From IMG/VR virus record IMGVR_UViG_3300039916_000023, positions 1 through 45,366 of that record: a stretch of DNA of 45,366 nt. One strand, 5' to 3'. Position 1 is the stretch's first letter, and each line of letters starts with the position of its first letter. The notes under the pieces are model-generated. The model did no database searches. It was not told where the DNA came from and saw only the letters and a list, made by a program, of their open reading frames with translations. Positions 35,615-44,508 of the stretch are shown piece by piece. The position numbers and the translations under genes were made by a program. Origin of the DNA: a virus. Its lineage: Duplodnaviria; Caudoviricetes.

Positions 35615-37431
35615 TAGAATAGCTCCATTCGGGTCTTCGGCCGCACCTGGCCGTCGAGGGGTTCGTTGATAAAAATGTGCATGGCCGCCCAGGCGAGGTC
35701 GCCGTGCCCGACCGCCTCGGTCCGGCTGGTCTTGAAGGTGACGCTCTTGCCGCTCTGGGTCAGTGCCTTCTTGATCGACAGGAACGCGGACTGCAGGTCG
35801 ATCCAGCCGGCATCATATTCGACGCGCTGGCGCGCGAAGGTATGCTGCGCCTTCATGACCAGACTGGTCTTCACCTCGAGCGAATATTCGATCGCGACAA
35901 CGCCGCGCATCTTGTCGCGCAGCAGCTGATACACCGCGGCACCGACGCCCTTCTTGTCGATGCCAAGATAGGTGCAATTGTACCGCGCCAGGCGCGCAAG
36001 AATGAACTCGGCCTGCGCCTGAAAGTCGCCCTTGATCTGATGGCGCTCGAGCAGCTTGAACTTGCCGCCTGGGCCGGCGGGCGGCAGCGCGATGACGAAC
36101 CCGGCATTGTCGCCGTCCTCGCTTTCCTGCGGATCGAACCCCGCCCAGACTTCGCGGTTACCGACCGGTCGCTTCGCCAGCATGTCGACGTCGGTCCAGT
36201 CGACCATGGCGTCGACTGTGCACCGCTGCAGCTCGTTGAATTTGAACGCCGACAGGCTGTCGTCGACGAACTGGCACATAAGCAGGTTGGCGAATTCGTC
36301 GGGCGCATATTCGATGCGCAGCTCGTCGAGGTTGAACAGGTCGCAACCGCGCGCCGCGGCGTCCTCGATCGTGACGATCTGGCGCCAGACCTGATCCTCG
36401 CACAGCACGCCCGCCTGCAGCCGGGCATGCGTGACGTCGATCTCGATCCGGTCGGCTTTCTTGACCCGCCGGTTGCGCCGCTCGCCCGTCCAGTACGGAT
36501 GGCCTTGATGCGCGATCGTCGACGGCGTCGAGAAATAGGTGCGGCGCCAGCGCTTGTGCATCGCCATCGCGCTGGCGACCTTGTTCAGCTCCTCGAACCC
36601 GTAGGTCCAGAAGAACTCGTCGAAGTAGAAATTGCCGTGATAGCCCTGCGCGGTACGTGCGTTCGTGCCGAGGAAGATCAGCTCGGCCGCGGGCTCGCCC
36701 TCGGGCATCGTCTCGGCGGTGACGACGATCGGGTCACCCTGCAGCTTCACGCCAACGCGTGCTGCAAACTGCACGATGTAGTTGCGGAAGATATGCGCCT
36801 GGTTCTTCGACGCCGACAGGAAGATCTGATTGCCGCCCCCGCGTAGCGCGTCGAGCAGCGCCTCGCGGGCGAAGTACCAGGTCGCGCCGATCTGGCGCGA
36901 CTTCAGGATCATGCGGGTGCGCTGGTCCTTTGCCGCCCACCAATCCTCCTGGTAGCCGAACAGCTCGTCGTGGAAGATCTGCTCTAGCTGCTCGACCTGT
37001 TCGGTCGTGAAGTGGTTCTTCGGCTTGCCTGTTTTGCGGTCGCCGGCATTGCGGTTGCCGACCTTCTCGTTGAGATCGCCCTCATGCCCGCCAGGTGCTT
37101 CGAACCGTCGCACGCGGGCGGCCGACGTCACGGCACGCATGAGCAGGTCGATCTCTTTCAGATCGCCCCCGGTCTTCTTGTCCTTCGCGATCAGACCGCA
37201 CAGCCGCGCTTCGAGATGGTCCTCGATTTTGGCGATACAGGGCGCGTCGTCCCATTTATCGCGGTCTTTCCAGCTCTGGACGGTCTTCGGGTTGAGCTTC
37301 AGCTCGTCTGCGATCTGAGGAACGCCCCACCGCTGCCAATACAGGCTGCGCGCCTGGCGCCGCACGTCCACGGGGATCGGGAACGTGGAAGCGGGCAGCG
37401 GCATGCCGGTATCAGCGGGAAGTTTGTCCAT
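35614..37431 (-). CDS. Terminase large (ATPase) subunit (P2 gpP)
   Basis: SWKDRDKW, ILKSRQIGATWYFAREA, YFDEFFW, FSTPS, HGDLAWA. Confidence 0.97.
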   Translation of the reverse strand: MDKLPADTGMPLPASTFPIPVDVRRQARSLYWQRWGVPQIADELKLNPKTVQSWKDRDKWDDAPCIAKIEDHLEARLCGLIAKDKKTGGDLKEIDLLMRAVTSAARVRRFEAPGGHEGDLNEKVGNRNAGDRKTGKPKNHFTTEQVEQLEQIFHDELFGYQEDWWAAKDQRTRMILKSRQIGATWYFAREALLDALRGGGNQIFLSASKNQAHIFRNYIVQFAARVGVKLQGDPIVVTAETMPEGEPAAELIFLGTNARTAQGYHGNFYFDEFFWTYGFEELNKVASAMAMHKRWRRTYFSTPSTIAHQGHPYWTGERRNRRVKKADRIEIDVTHARLQAGVLCEDQVWRQIVTIEDAAARGCDLFNLDELRIEYAPDEFANLLMCQFVDDSLSAFKFNELQRCTVDAMVDWTDVDMLAKRPVGNREVWAGFDPQESEDGDNAGFVIALPPAGPGGKFKLLERHQIKGDFQAQAEFILARLARYNCTYLGIDKKGVGAAVYQLLRDKMRGVVAIEYSLEVKTSLVMKAQHTFARQRVEYDAGWIDLQSAFLSIKKALTQSGKSVTFKTSRTEAVGHGDLAWAAMHIFINEPLDGQVRPKTRMELF

Positions 37432-37476
37432 GGCGCGGCGAACCTAGCCACGCCGACGCCCCCGATTGCAGCGCCG

Positions 37477-37505
37477 GGTCTTGTAGAGAGGCTCTCTACA
37501 AGACC
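37477..37505. promoter_or_regulatory. Late-promoter activator site between divergent P and O
   Basis: Palindrome GGTCTTGTAGAGAG-G-CTCTCTACAAGACC (TGT-N13-ACA); identical copy upstream of J. Confidence 0.8.
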
Positions 37506-37603
37506 GCCCGCTTGAGAATTGCCGTCCGTTCGGTCCCTTTGCAGCCTTACCGCACCGCCCGCGTGGCGATGCTCCGAGATGCAAAACCGAGGATCGCAGC
37601 GCC

Positions 37604-38434
37604 ATGACCAAGAGCAAGTTCTTCCGCGCATTCGTCGCAGGCCAGACAATCAGCGATGGCCGGAAGATCGATGCCGCCTGGATCGACCAGATCGCCGAAA
37701 CCTTCAATGCTGCGACGTACACGCCGCGCATCAACGTCGAGCATTTGTCGGGCTACAGCCCCGAGCCGCCCTTCAATGGCTATGGCGATGTCGTTGCCGT
37801 CCGCGTGCAGACCGACGACATTGAGATCGCCGGCAAGACCGAAAAGCTGAAGGCGCTGTATTGCCAGGTCGACGGCAATGACCAGCTCGTCAATCTCGTC
37901 GCCAAGAACCAGAAGCCCTATCCGTCGGTCGAACTCACGGATAGCTATGCCGGCTCCGGCAAGGTCGGTCTGATCGGCCTTGCGTTCACCGACAAGCCCG
38001 CCTCGATCGGCACGCAGGCGCTGCGGTTCTCGCGCACCGCACCAGGCTCTCTGTTCTCGCAGAGTGGCGACGCCGTCACCCTGGAGTTCGAGACGTCGCC
38101 GGCCGATCCGGCGAAGGTCGAGGGTGCCGTTGCCGGCTTCTTCTCCGCGCTCGCAGCGACGCTGCGCGGCGGTAAGGTCGAGCCGGCAGAACCCGCCCCC
38201 GCCACGCCCCCGACGCCCGCCAACGACAATTTTGATGCGGCTGCCTTCACGACCCAGATGGGCACCGTCGTCAGCCAGTCGATCGCAGCCGCGCTGCAGC
38301 CGGTAACCGACGCGCATACCGAGCTGCAGGGCAAGTTCGCGACGCTGCAGGCCAAGCTGGAAGCGACGCCCGACTCGAGCTTCAGCCGCCTGCCCGCCAG
38401 CGGCGGCACCGGCGAGCCCGCCACGGACTGCTGA
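37604..38434 (+). CDS. Capsid scaffolding protein (P2 gpO)
   Basis: KFFR...G.T..DGRKI...WI, Y.PRINVEH, GLA.TD.PASIGT, C-terminal TDC. Confidence 0.95.
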   Translation: MTKSKFFRAFVAGQTISDGRKIDAAWIDQIAETFNAATYTPRINVEHLSGYSPEPPFNGYGDVVAVRVQTDDIEIAGKTEKLKALYCQVDGNDQLVNLVAKNQKPYPSVELTDSYAGSGKVGLIGLAFTDKPASIGTQALRFSRTAPGSLFSQSGDAVTLEFETSPADPAKVEGAVAGFFSALAATLRGGKVEPAEPAPATPPTPANDNFDAAAFTTQMGTVVSQSIAAALQPVTDAHTELQGKFATLQAKLEATPDSSFSRLPASGGTGEPATDC

Positions 38435-38484
38435 CCCGCAGCCACCCCTTCGACCCGACCAGCATTCGCCCAGGAGCCGCCCCC

Positions 38485-39555
38485 ATGCGCAACGAAACCC
38501 GCCTCAAATTCAACGCCTACACGACCAAGATCAGCGAGCTGAACGGCGTCGGCGACACCAGCAAATCGTTCACCGTCGCCCCCGCCGTTGCCCAGACCCT
38601 GCGCGGCAAGATTCAGGCATCGAGCGCGTTTCTGACGTCGATCAACATCATCCCGGTAGTCGCGCAGGAAGGCGACAAGGTCGGCGTCGGCGTGAAGGGC
38701 ACGATCGCCAGCCGCACCGACACGCGCGTCCACGATCGCCAGCCGCGCTACCCCGGCGATCTCGACGAGACGAACTATCGTTGCGAAAAGACTGACTTCG
38801 ATACGCTCGTCCGGTACGAGACGCTCGACGCCTGGGCACACCAGCCGAATTTCCAGATCCTGCTGCGCGACGCGATCGTCAAGGCGAAGGCGCTCGACAT
38901 CATCACGATCGGCTTCAACGGCACGCACGTCGCGGTCGAGACCGACCCGAACACATATCCGCTGTTGCAGGACGTCAACATCGGCTGGCTGCAGCATATC
39001 CGCCTGGACGCGCCCGCCCGCGTGCTGGCGGAGGGCGATCTGAAGCCCGCTACTCGCGTCAACAACGTCGTGACCGTTACCGGCGCGATCTATGTCGGTG
39101 CGGGCGAGGTCGGCACCGAGGTCGATTACGTCAACGTCGACGCTCTGATTTATGACGCGATCGAGCTGCTCGACGAGAATTATCGCGACGACACCGACCT
39201 GGTCGTGATCGTCGGCCGCGACCTCGTTCACGACAAGTATTTCTCGATCGTCAATTCGTCCGGCGACAAGGCAACCGAGCAGCTCGCGCGCGACGTCCTG
39301 CTTTCCGACAAGAAGCTCGGTGGCCTGCAGGCCGTTCGCGTGCCGAAGTTCCCGAAGAACGCGCTGCTCATCACCACGCTCGCCAACCTGTCGGTCTACG
39401 AACAGATCGGCAGCGAGCGCCGCAAGATCGAGGACAACGCCAAGCGCGACCAGGTCGAGAATTACGAGAGCGTCAATCAGGCTTTCGTGATCGAAGACAT
39501 GGGCAAGGTCGCCCTCGTCGAGAACATCGTCATGGGCAAGAAGCCCGCGGCCTGA
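38485..39555 (+). CDS. Major capsid protein, P2 family (gpN)
   Basis: MRNETR..FNAY, F.V.P.V.Q.L, LDAWA, IGFNG, PLLQDVNIGWLQ, YES.N. Confidence 0.97.
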   Translation: MRNETRLKFNAYTTKISELNGVGDTSKSFTVAPAVAQTLRGKIQASSAFLTSINIIPVVAQEGDKVGVGVKGTIASRTDTRVHDRQPRYPGDLDETNYRCEKTDFDTLVRYETLDAWAHQPNFQILLRDAIVKAKALDIITIGFNGTHVAVETDPNTYPLLQDVNIGWLQHIRLDAPARVLAEGDLKPATRVNNVVTVTGAIYVGAGEVGTEVDYVNVDALIYDAIELLDENYRDDTDLVVIVGRDLVHDKYFSIVNSSGDKATEQLARDVLLSDKKLGGLQAVRVPKFPKNALLITTLANLSVYEQIGSERRKIEDNAKRDQVENYESVNQAFVIEDMGKVALVENIVMGKKPAA

Positions 39556-39605
39556 TCGGCCCGGCTTCCGCCCCACCAGTTAGCCCGCTCTCCACAGGAC
39601 ATGCC

Positions 39606-40400
39606 ATGAGCCTTGCTCGCAAACATCGGGATCGAATCCTTGCATCCCAGATGGCATCCGCTCCTGTCACGGGGAGCGGGTTATCCCCAACCGCGTCGGC
39701 GCCCGCGTTCGATGCGGGCACCCCCGCCGAACGCGCAGCCGCATCGATCGCGATGCGGCTGCAGCACGATCTGCGCCGGCTGAAAGAGATCCAGTCGATC
39801 CAGCGCAAGATCGAAACCAAACGCGAGCTGCTGCCCGCCTATGCCGATTGGGTTGCCGGTCTGCTCGATGGCGGCCGCAACGCCGGTGCCGGCGTTGCCG
39901 AGGACGTCCTGCCGACGATCATGGTCTGGCTGATCGACACCGGCGACTATGCGCGCGCGCTCGAGCTGGCCGACCATGTCGTCACCTATGACGTGCCGCT
40001 GCCGTCGCGTTACGAACGGTCAGCGCCGACGCTGATCGTCGAGGAGATCGCCGACGCCGCGATCCGTGCGCAGACGGCAAAACAGCCCTTCCCGCTCGAT
40101 GTGCTCGAGCATGTCGAGGCGCTGACCGCCGACGCGGATATGCACGACCAGGTCCGCGCCAAGCTGCACAAGGCGATCGGCACCGAACTGGCGCGCACGG
40201 CCGAAGATCTCGACCCGACCAAGTCCGAATTCGTCGTTGCTGCGGTCCGCGCGCTCGCACCGCTTCGCGAAGCCGTCCGCCTGCATGACCGGGTCGGCGT
40301 CGCCGGCCAGATCAAACGGCTCGAGAAGGCCATCACCAAGCGCGCCGAGCCCGCGCAGGTCGATGCCTCAACAGACACCGCCGGTTCTACCGGCTCCTAA
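39606..40400 (+). CDS. Terminase endonuclease (small) subunit (P2 gpM)
   Basis: MS.AR.H, LK.IQS..RK...KRELLP.Y..WV.G, MVW.ID.GDY, DM.DQVRAKL.K. Confidence 0.95.
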   Translation: MSLARKHRDRILASQMASAPVTGSGLSPTASAPAFDAGTPAERAAASIAMRLQHDLRRLKEIQSIQRKIETKRELLPAYADWVAGLLDGGRNAGAGVAEDVLPTIMVWLIDTGDYARALELADHVVTYDVPLPSRYERSAPTLIVEEIADAAIRAQTAKQPFPLDVLEHVEALTADADMHDQVRAKLHKAIGTELARTAEDLDPTKSEFVVAAVRALAPLREAVRLHDRVGVAGQIKRLEKAITKRAEPAQVDASTDTAGSTGS

Positions 40401-40511
40401 GCTCGCCCCCGGCGCTCGGGGGCGGATCACGCGGGATGGGAGGGCGCTTCGGCGCTGAGGGCCATCGTCCGACCCTGATCCCCACCCCCGAGATTATCCA
40501 AGGATCTGCTG

Positions 40512-40736
40512 ATGATCGGTACCGCCATCAACATTGCAATCTCGTTTGCCGGCGTCGTCATCTTCGGCGCAGCCCTGCTGGTCGCGCTTCTCGGCCTTGG
40601 CCTGATCTGCATCGCCCGCAAAGGCGATCGGCCGATCGAGCTGTCGCCGCGCGGCGCGGGCGTGACGTTCCTGCTCAGCGGCGCGATCGTCGCGTCGAAC
40701 GTGTTCACGCTTCTCGTCGGCAACGCGCTGCCATGA
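40512..40736 (+). CDS. Small two-TM protein between M and L
   Basis: 74 aa hydrophobic; ATGA overlap with gpL. Confidence 0.65.
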   Translation: MIGTAINIAISFAGVVIFGAALLVALLGLGLICIARKGDRPIELSPRGAGVTFLLSGAIVASNVFTLLVGNALP

Positions 40737-41215
40737 GCGGCCTCGTCGTCAAAACGGCCGTCGTGCCGAGCAGCCCTGCCGTCGTGGAAGCGGTCGTCGT
40801 CAATGACGGCTGGTTCCCCGACATCGATCCAGTGCAGATCCGCAAGGAATATCGGATCCGCGACAGCGTGACGCCGGAACGGCTGCGCAAGGCCATCATC
40901 GGCGCGATCCTGAAGGCGGGCAACCAGCTCGAGGCATGGCAGACGGCGCGCGCCGCGCTTGCGCCGACCGGCCTGGCCGACGTGCCCGCCAAGATGATCG
41001 ACGGGGAGAGCCGCTACGTGCTGCTCTATCTGCGCGCGATCGGCACCTATGCGAAGGCTGAGCTGGTCGAGGAATATCGCGACACTGACACGACCACGGG
41101 CGGGCAGCGCGACGTCGATGATCTCGAACCGTCGATCGCCGAGCTGCGCCGCGATGGCCTTTACGCCATCCGCGACATGCTCGGCCGGCCGCGTGTCCGC
41201 AGCGAGCTGATCTGA
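40733..41215 (+). CDS. Head completion/stabilisation protein (P2 gpL)
   Basis: NDGWFPDID, VT.ERL, LADVPA, Y.D.D.T..G, AI.D.LG..R...ELI. Confidence 0.92.
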   Translation: MSGLVVKTAVVPSSPAVVEAVVVNDGWFPDIDPVQIRKEYRIRDSVTPERLRKAIIGAILKAGNQLEAWQTARAALAPTGLADVPAKMIDGESRYVLLYLRAIGTYAKAELVEEYRDTDTTTGGQRDVDDLEPSIAELRRDGLYAIRDMLGRPRVRSELI

Positions 41216-41430
41216 TGGCCGACACCATTCACACCCGCCAGGGCGAGACGCTCGACGCCGCACTGTGGCGCGGGCGCCGGCTCGGCCCGAGCAACCTCGG
41301 CGCGGTGCTGGCGGCGAACCCCGGCCTTGCAGGGCTTGGCGCCGTCCTGCCGACCGGAACCCCCGTCATGCTGCCCGATGCCCCGTCCGCGCCCGTCGTG
41401 CGCGACATCGTCCAGCTCTGGAGCGACTAG
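41215..41430 (+). CDS. Tail protein X (P2 gpX)
   Basis: QGETLDA..WR, VL.ANPGLA.LG..LP.GT.V.LP, VQLW. Confidence 0.93.
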   Translation: MADTIHTRQGETLDAALWRGRRLGPSNLGAVLAANPGLAGLGAVLPTGTPVMLPDAPSAPVVRDIVQLWSD

Positions 41431-41434
41431 CATC

Positions 41435-41788
41435 ATGAAGGATCTTCTCCACGATTTCGGGACGTGGCTGCTGGCGTTCGTCTGCAGCCTGATCCCTGCA
41501 GGCCTCGGGTCGATCGTCAGTCTGCTCGTCGAAACCGGTCTGACATGGGGCCAGCGGATCGCGCAGGTCTGGGTCGGCATCGTCGTCAGCTATTTCGTCA
41601 CGAACGCTGCCGGCGCGATGTTCGGAATGCACCCGTTCGTATCGCAGGCGATCGGCTTTCTCGTCGCCATGGTCGCCTTCAAGGGCGCGCCCGGTTTCAT
41701 TGCCGGCTGCAGCGCCGTCCTGGCCGAACTCCCCGGCAAGCTCAGCGAGCGCCTGCTCGCGCTCATCCCGCGAAAGGACCCCAAGTGA
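41435..41788 (+). CDS. Putative holin
   Basis: Three hydrophobic segments, directly upstream of and overlapping the lysozyme. Confidence 0.75.
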   Translation: MKDLLHDFGTWLLAFVCSLIPAGLGSIVSLLVETGLTWGQRIAQVWVGIVVSYFVTNAAGAMFGMHPFVSQAIGFLVAMVAFKGAPGFIAGCSAVLAELPGKLSERLLALIPRKDPK

Positions 41789-42309
41789 TGCCCGGTTACG
41801 GCCTGCCCCCTACCTCCGCGACCAAGCCCCCCCGCAAGACCCTGATCGGCGTAATCGGCGCCGGAGCAGCGCTGATCGTCACGCCGTTCGTGTCCGGTTG
41901 GGAGTCGGGCGGCACGCCGCGGCTCGTCGCGTACCAGGACATCGTCAAGGTCTGGACGATCTGCGGCGGTGAAACGCTCGGGGTGAAGCCCGGTATGGTC
42001 GAGACGGTCGCTGGATGCGAGCTGCGCGAAGAAGCCGCGCTCATTCGGCATGCCGAACCTGTGCTCGCCTGCACGCCCGTCCTGCGCACGCATCCAAACC
42101 AGCTCTCGGCCGCGATCAGCCTTGCCTACAATATCGGGACCGGCGGCTACTGCGGATCCACGGTCGCGCGCCGCTTCAAGGCGGGCGACTGGCGCGGTGC
42201 GTGCGACGCCTTCCTCATGTGGAACAAGGCCGGCGGGCAGGTGGTCCGCGGCCTTGATCGCCGACGGCGCGCTGAGCGCGACCTCTGTTTGAAGGAGCTG
42301 CCCCGATGA
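41788..42309 (+). CDS. Phage lysozyme (GH24, probable SAR endolysin)
   Basis: Hydrophobic N-terminus; E...AYQD.V.VWTIC.G.T; AYNIG; WNKAGG....GL.RRR..E. Confidence 0.93.
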   Translation: MPGYGLPPTSATKPPRKTLIGVIGAGAALIVTPFVSGWESGGTPRLVAYQDIVKVWTICGGETLGVKPGMVETVAGCELREEAALIRHAEPVLACTPVLRTHPNQLSAAISLAYNIGTGGYCGSTVARRFKAGDWRGACDAFLMWNKAGGQVVRGLDRRRRAERDLCLKELPR

Positions 42310-42770
42310 TCCGCAACCTGTTCGCCAAGGTGAAAGCCGAGGCCTTCTTCCTTGTCCTGCTCGCCGTCGCGGCGGTCGGCGCGTGGCTGTACGTCCAGTA
42401 CCGCCAGGTCAGCGCCGACCGCGACGATCTGCAACACCGCGCCGAGCTGATCTGCGCCGGGTCGGGCACCGACTTCGCGGCGATGGGCAAGACCGCCCGC
42501 GGGGTTCGCTGCGCGGAGAAGGTCGCCGGCCTCGTGAAGTTCAAGGGCGACAGTGACGAGCTCGCCGCGGCGACGCTCGCGCAGGCGCTGGCCGATCACG
42601 ACGCCCGACAGAATGACGACAACCAGGCCGCGCGAGCCGCTGCAGAGGCAGCAAGCTCGGCCGCACACCGAATGGAGATGGCAGATGCGCAAGCTGAACG
42701 GACGAACCTTGTCGATAGCGATTGGTTTCGCGCTGTTAACGGCGTTGCCGGCCTGCGCCCGGCACGCTGA
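42306..42770 (+). CDS. Putative inner-membrane spanin (Rz-like)
   Basis: N-terminal TM plus Ala-rich helix after endolysin. Confidence 0.7.
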   Translation: MIRNLFAKVKAEAFFLVLLAVAAVGAWLYVQYRQVSADRDDLQHRAELICAGSGTDFAAMGKTARGVRCAEKVAGLVKFKGDSDELAAATLAQALADHDARQNDDNQAARAAAEAASSAAHRMEMADAQAERTNLVDSDWFRAVNGVAGLRPAR

Positions 42771-43005
42771 GGCACCGCCCGCGGTCGTCTCGACGCCGAT
42801 CGTCGTCAAGGTGAAGGACACGCCGCCCGCCGAACTGCTCAAATGCGCGGAACGGCCGGACGGCTTGCCCGAGGATCCATCGCTGATCGCGCAGATCCCG
42901 ACCAAGATCCGCGCCGGCATCATCCGGCTGGCGCGCGCGTTCGCCGGCAACGCCGATCGCGCCGACCGCCTGGTCAACTGGAACTCGCCGGGGACCTGCA
43001 AGTGA
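42685..43005 (+). CDS. Putative outer-membrane spanin lipoprotein (Rz1-like)
   Basis: Lipobox LPAC, Pro-rich PPAELLKC; overlaps the i-spanin in another frame. Confidence 0.7.
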   Translation: MRKLNGRTLSIAIGFALLTALPACARHAEAPPAVVSTPIVVKVKDTPPAELLKCAERPDGLPEDPSLIAQIPTKIRAGIIRLARAFAGNADRADRLVNWNSPGTCK

Positions 43006-43490
43006 AGAAGCCGGAAAGCCTCAAGGCGCTGCTGCTCACCTCAGTGCCAGGGCTAATCGACAAGCCCGAAAACCTGACGATGTTCATCGATAAAGGGCGC
43101 ATCGCCGCGCGGCTTTCCGGCTCGCTCAGCTTCGAATATCGCTACACCGTCAATGTCGTCGTGCAGGATTACGCCGGCGACGTTGACGTACTGTTCGTGC
43201 CGCTGCTCGCGTGGGTCGCCGACCAGCAGCCCGACCTGCTCGAACGCGACCAGCAAGAGCCGTTCAGCTTCGAGTCCGAAATCCTTGACGGCGATCTTGC
43301 CGACATATCGATCGACCTCGAGCTTACCGAGCGCGTGAAGGTTACACGGACCGACGATGGTCTGGTCGTCACACACCTGGATGAGCCGAGCCGCGCTGAC
43401 GCGTTCGACGACGTCGGTGCCCATCCCTTATGGGCGGGCGTCCTCGACGATGTCACCGCAGGCACCGCGACTGTCGTAACGTCGGCGTGA
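43002..43490 (+). CDS. Tail completion protein (P2 gpR)
   Basis: KP.SL..L, L..FID.G, SFEY.Y, VPLLAW...QP.L, L.LTERV.V. Confidence 0.93.
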   Translation: MKKPESLKALLLTSVPGLIDKPENLTMFIDKGRIAARLSGSLSFEYRYTVNVVVQDYAGDVDVLFVPLLAWVADQQPDLLERDQQEPFSFESEILDGDLADISIDLELTERVKVTRTDDGLVVTHLDEPSRADAFDDVGAHPLWAGVLDDVTAGTATVVTSA

Positions 43491-44149
43491 ACGATTTCGC
43501 AGAGATCCAGGCGCTTGCCGGCGCACTGATCCGTCAGCTTGGGGCAAGCGAGCGTCGCGCGCTGCTGCGCAAGATGGCGCGCGGGATCCAGAAGAGCCAA
43601 TCGGATCGCATCGGCAGGCAGAAGGATCCCGATGGCGCCGCCTTTGCCGCCAGGCGCGAACGGCGCGCACAGAAGCCCGGCAACTATGCGGTCAAATTCC
43701 TGTATCCAAAGGGCGACGCCAATCCCCGCGCCGTTTTCATGAAGAGCTGGGTGCATGACGGGCCGATGATGACCGGCTTCGATATTGAGGCCGGCGGGAT
43801 TCGCAGTTTCTTCTATGACAAGGTCGCTCAATATCTCCCCGTCGAAGCATCGGAGCAAAATGCCAGGGCGGGAAAGCTGCGTCGCAAGGGCACGATTCGC
43901 CAGAAGGCGATGTTCCGAAAGCTGCGCAACGGCCGCAATCTCCGCGCTGGCGCCACCGACTTCGAAGCCTGGATTGGTTTTTCCGGGCGCGCGGCCGAAA
44001 TTGCACGCGTCCACCAAGAGGGTCTTCGCGACAAGCCGGCGCTGAAAGGCCGTGCAATTCGCTACGCACAACGAGGCTTGCTCGGCCTGACACAAGCCGA
44101 GCAAGCTAAAACCATCGACATGCTATTGCTACATTGCTCAAGCGCCTAA
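43487..44149 (+). CDS. Virion morphogenesis protein (P2 gpS) with internal insertion
   Basis: SQ..RI..Q.DPDG..F..R, MF.KLR, IARVHQ.GL.D, Y..R.LLG. Confidence 0.9.
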   Translation: MNDFAEIQALAGALIRQLGASERRALLRKMARGIQKSQSDRIGRQKDPDGAAFAARRERRAQKPGNYAVKFLYPKGDANPRAVFMKSWVHDGPMMTGFDIEAGGIRSFFYDKVAQYLPVEASEQNARAGKLRRKGTIRQKAMFRKLRNGRNLRAGATDFEAWIGFSGRAAEIARVHQEGLRDKPALKGRAIRYAQRGLLGLTQAEQAKTIDMLLLHCSSA

Positions 44150-44152
44150 TGC

Positions 44153-44374
44153 CTACAGAGACTTATCTGTTCGCGTATACTTCATTGTCGACTGATTCGG
44201 CTCTTGCGACGTATGATTTACCTCGTTTTCGACGAAACCGGCCATATGCAAATATTGCATATCTTTCCAACGTGGAAAGTTATCGGCGCCCCCAATTTTA
44301 AGAATTACGGGCGCAGCTTCAACTTCCCGCAACAGAGCAATTTGCGCAGTGCTAAGCGGATCATAAGAACTCAT
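44153..44374 (-). CDS. Moron-like small hypothetical protein
   Basis: 73 aa, lower GC, opposite strand, AGGAG RBS. Confidence 0.65.
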   Translation of the reverse strand: MSSYDPLSTAQIALLREVEAAPVILKIGGADNFPRWKDMQYLHMAGFVENEVNHTSQEPNQSTMKYTRTDKSL

Positions 44375-44433
44375 CGGCTTCTCCTAACGCGACCGACATG
44401 GGAACCCATACGGCCATATGTCAATGGACCGCC

Positions 44434-44464
44434 CGGTCTTGTAGAGAGGCTCTCTACAAGACCG
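44434..44464. promoter_or_regulatory. Second late-promoter activator site, upstream of J
   Basis: CGGTCTTGTAGAGAG-G-CTCTCTACAAGACCG. Confidence 0.8.
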
Positions 44465-44508
44465 CGTGGTAGCCATCCGCCCCGATGCCCGACGACATGG
44501 GCGTCACC

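Noticed and set aside
37945-39576. 543-aa minus-strand ORF and similar long shadow ORFs opposite hsdM, hsdR and terminase
   Set aside because: Antisense shadows caused by high-GC codon bias in well-supported genes
44150-44508. Absence of P2 genes V and W between S and J as a deletion
   Set aside because: J has its own intact late-promoter palindrome, and V/W may lie further downstream outside the window
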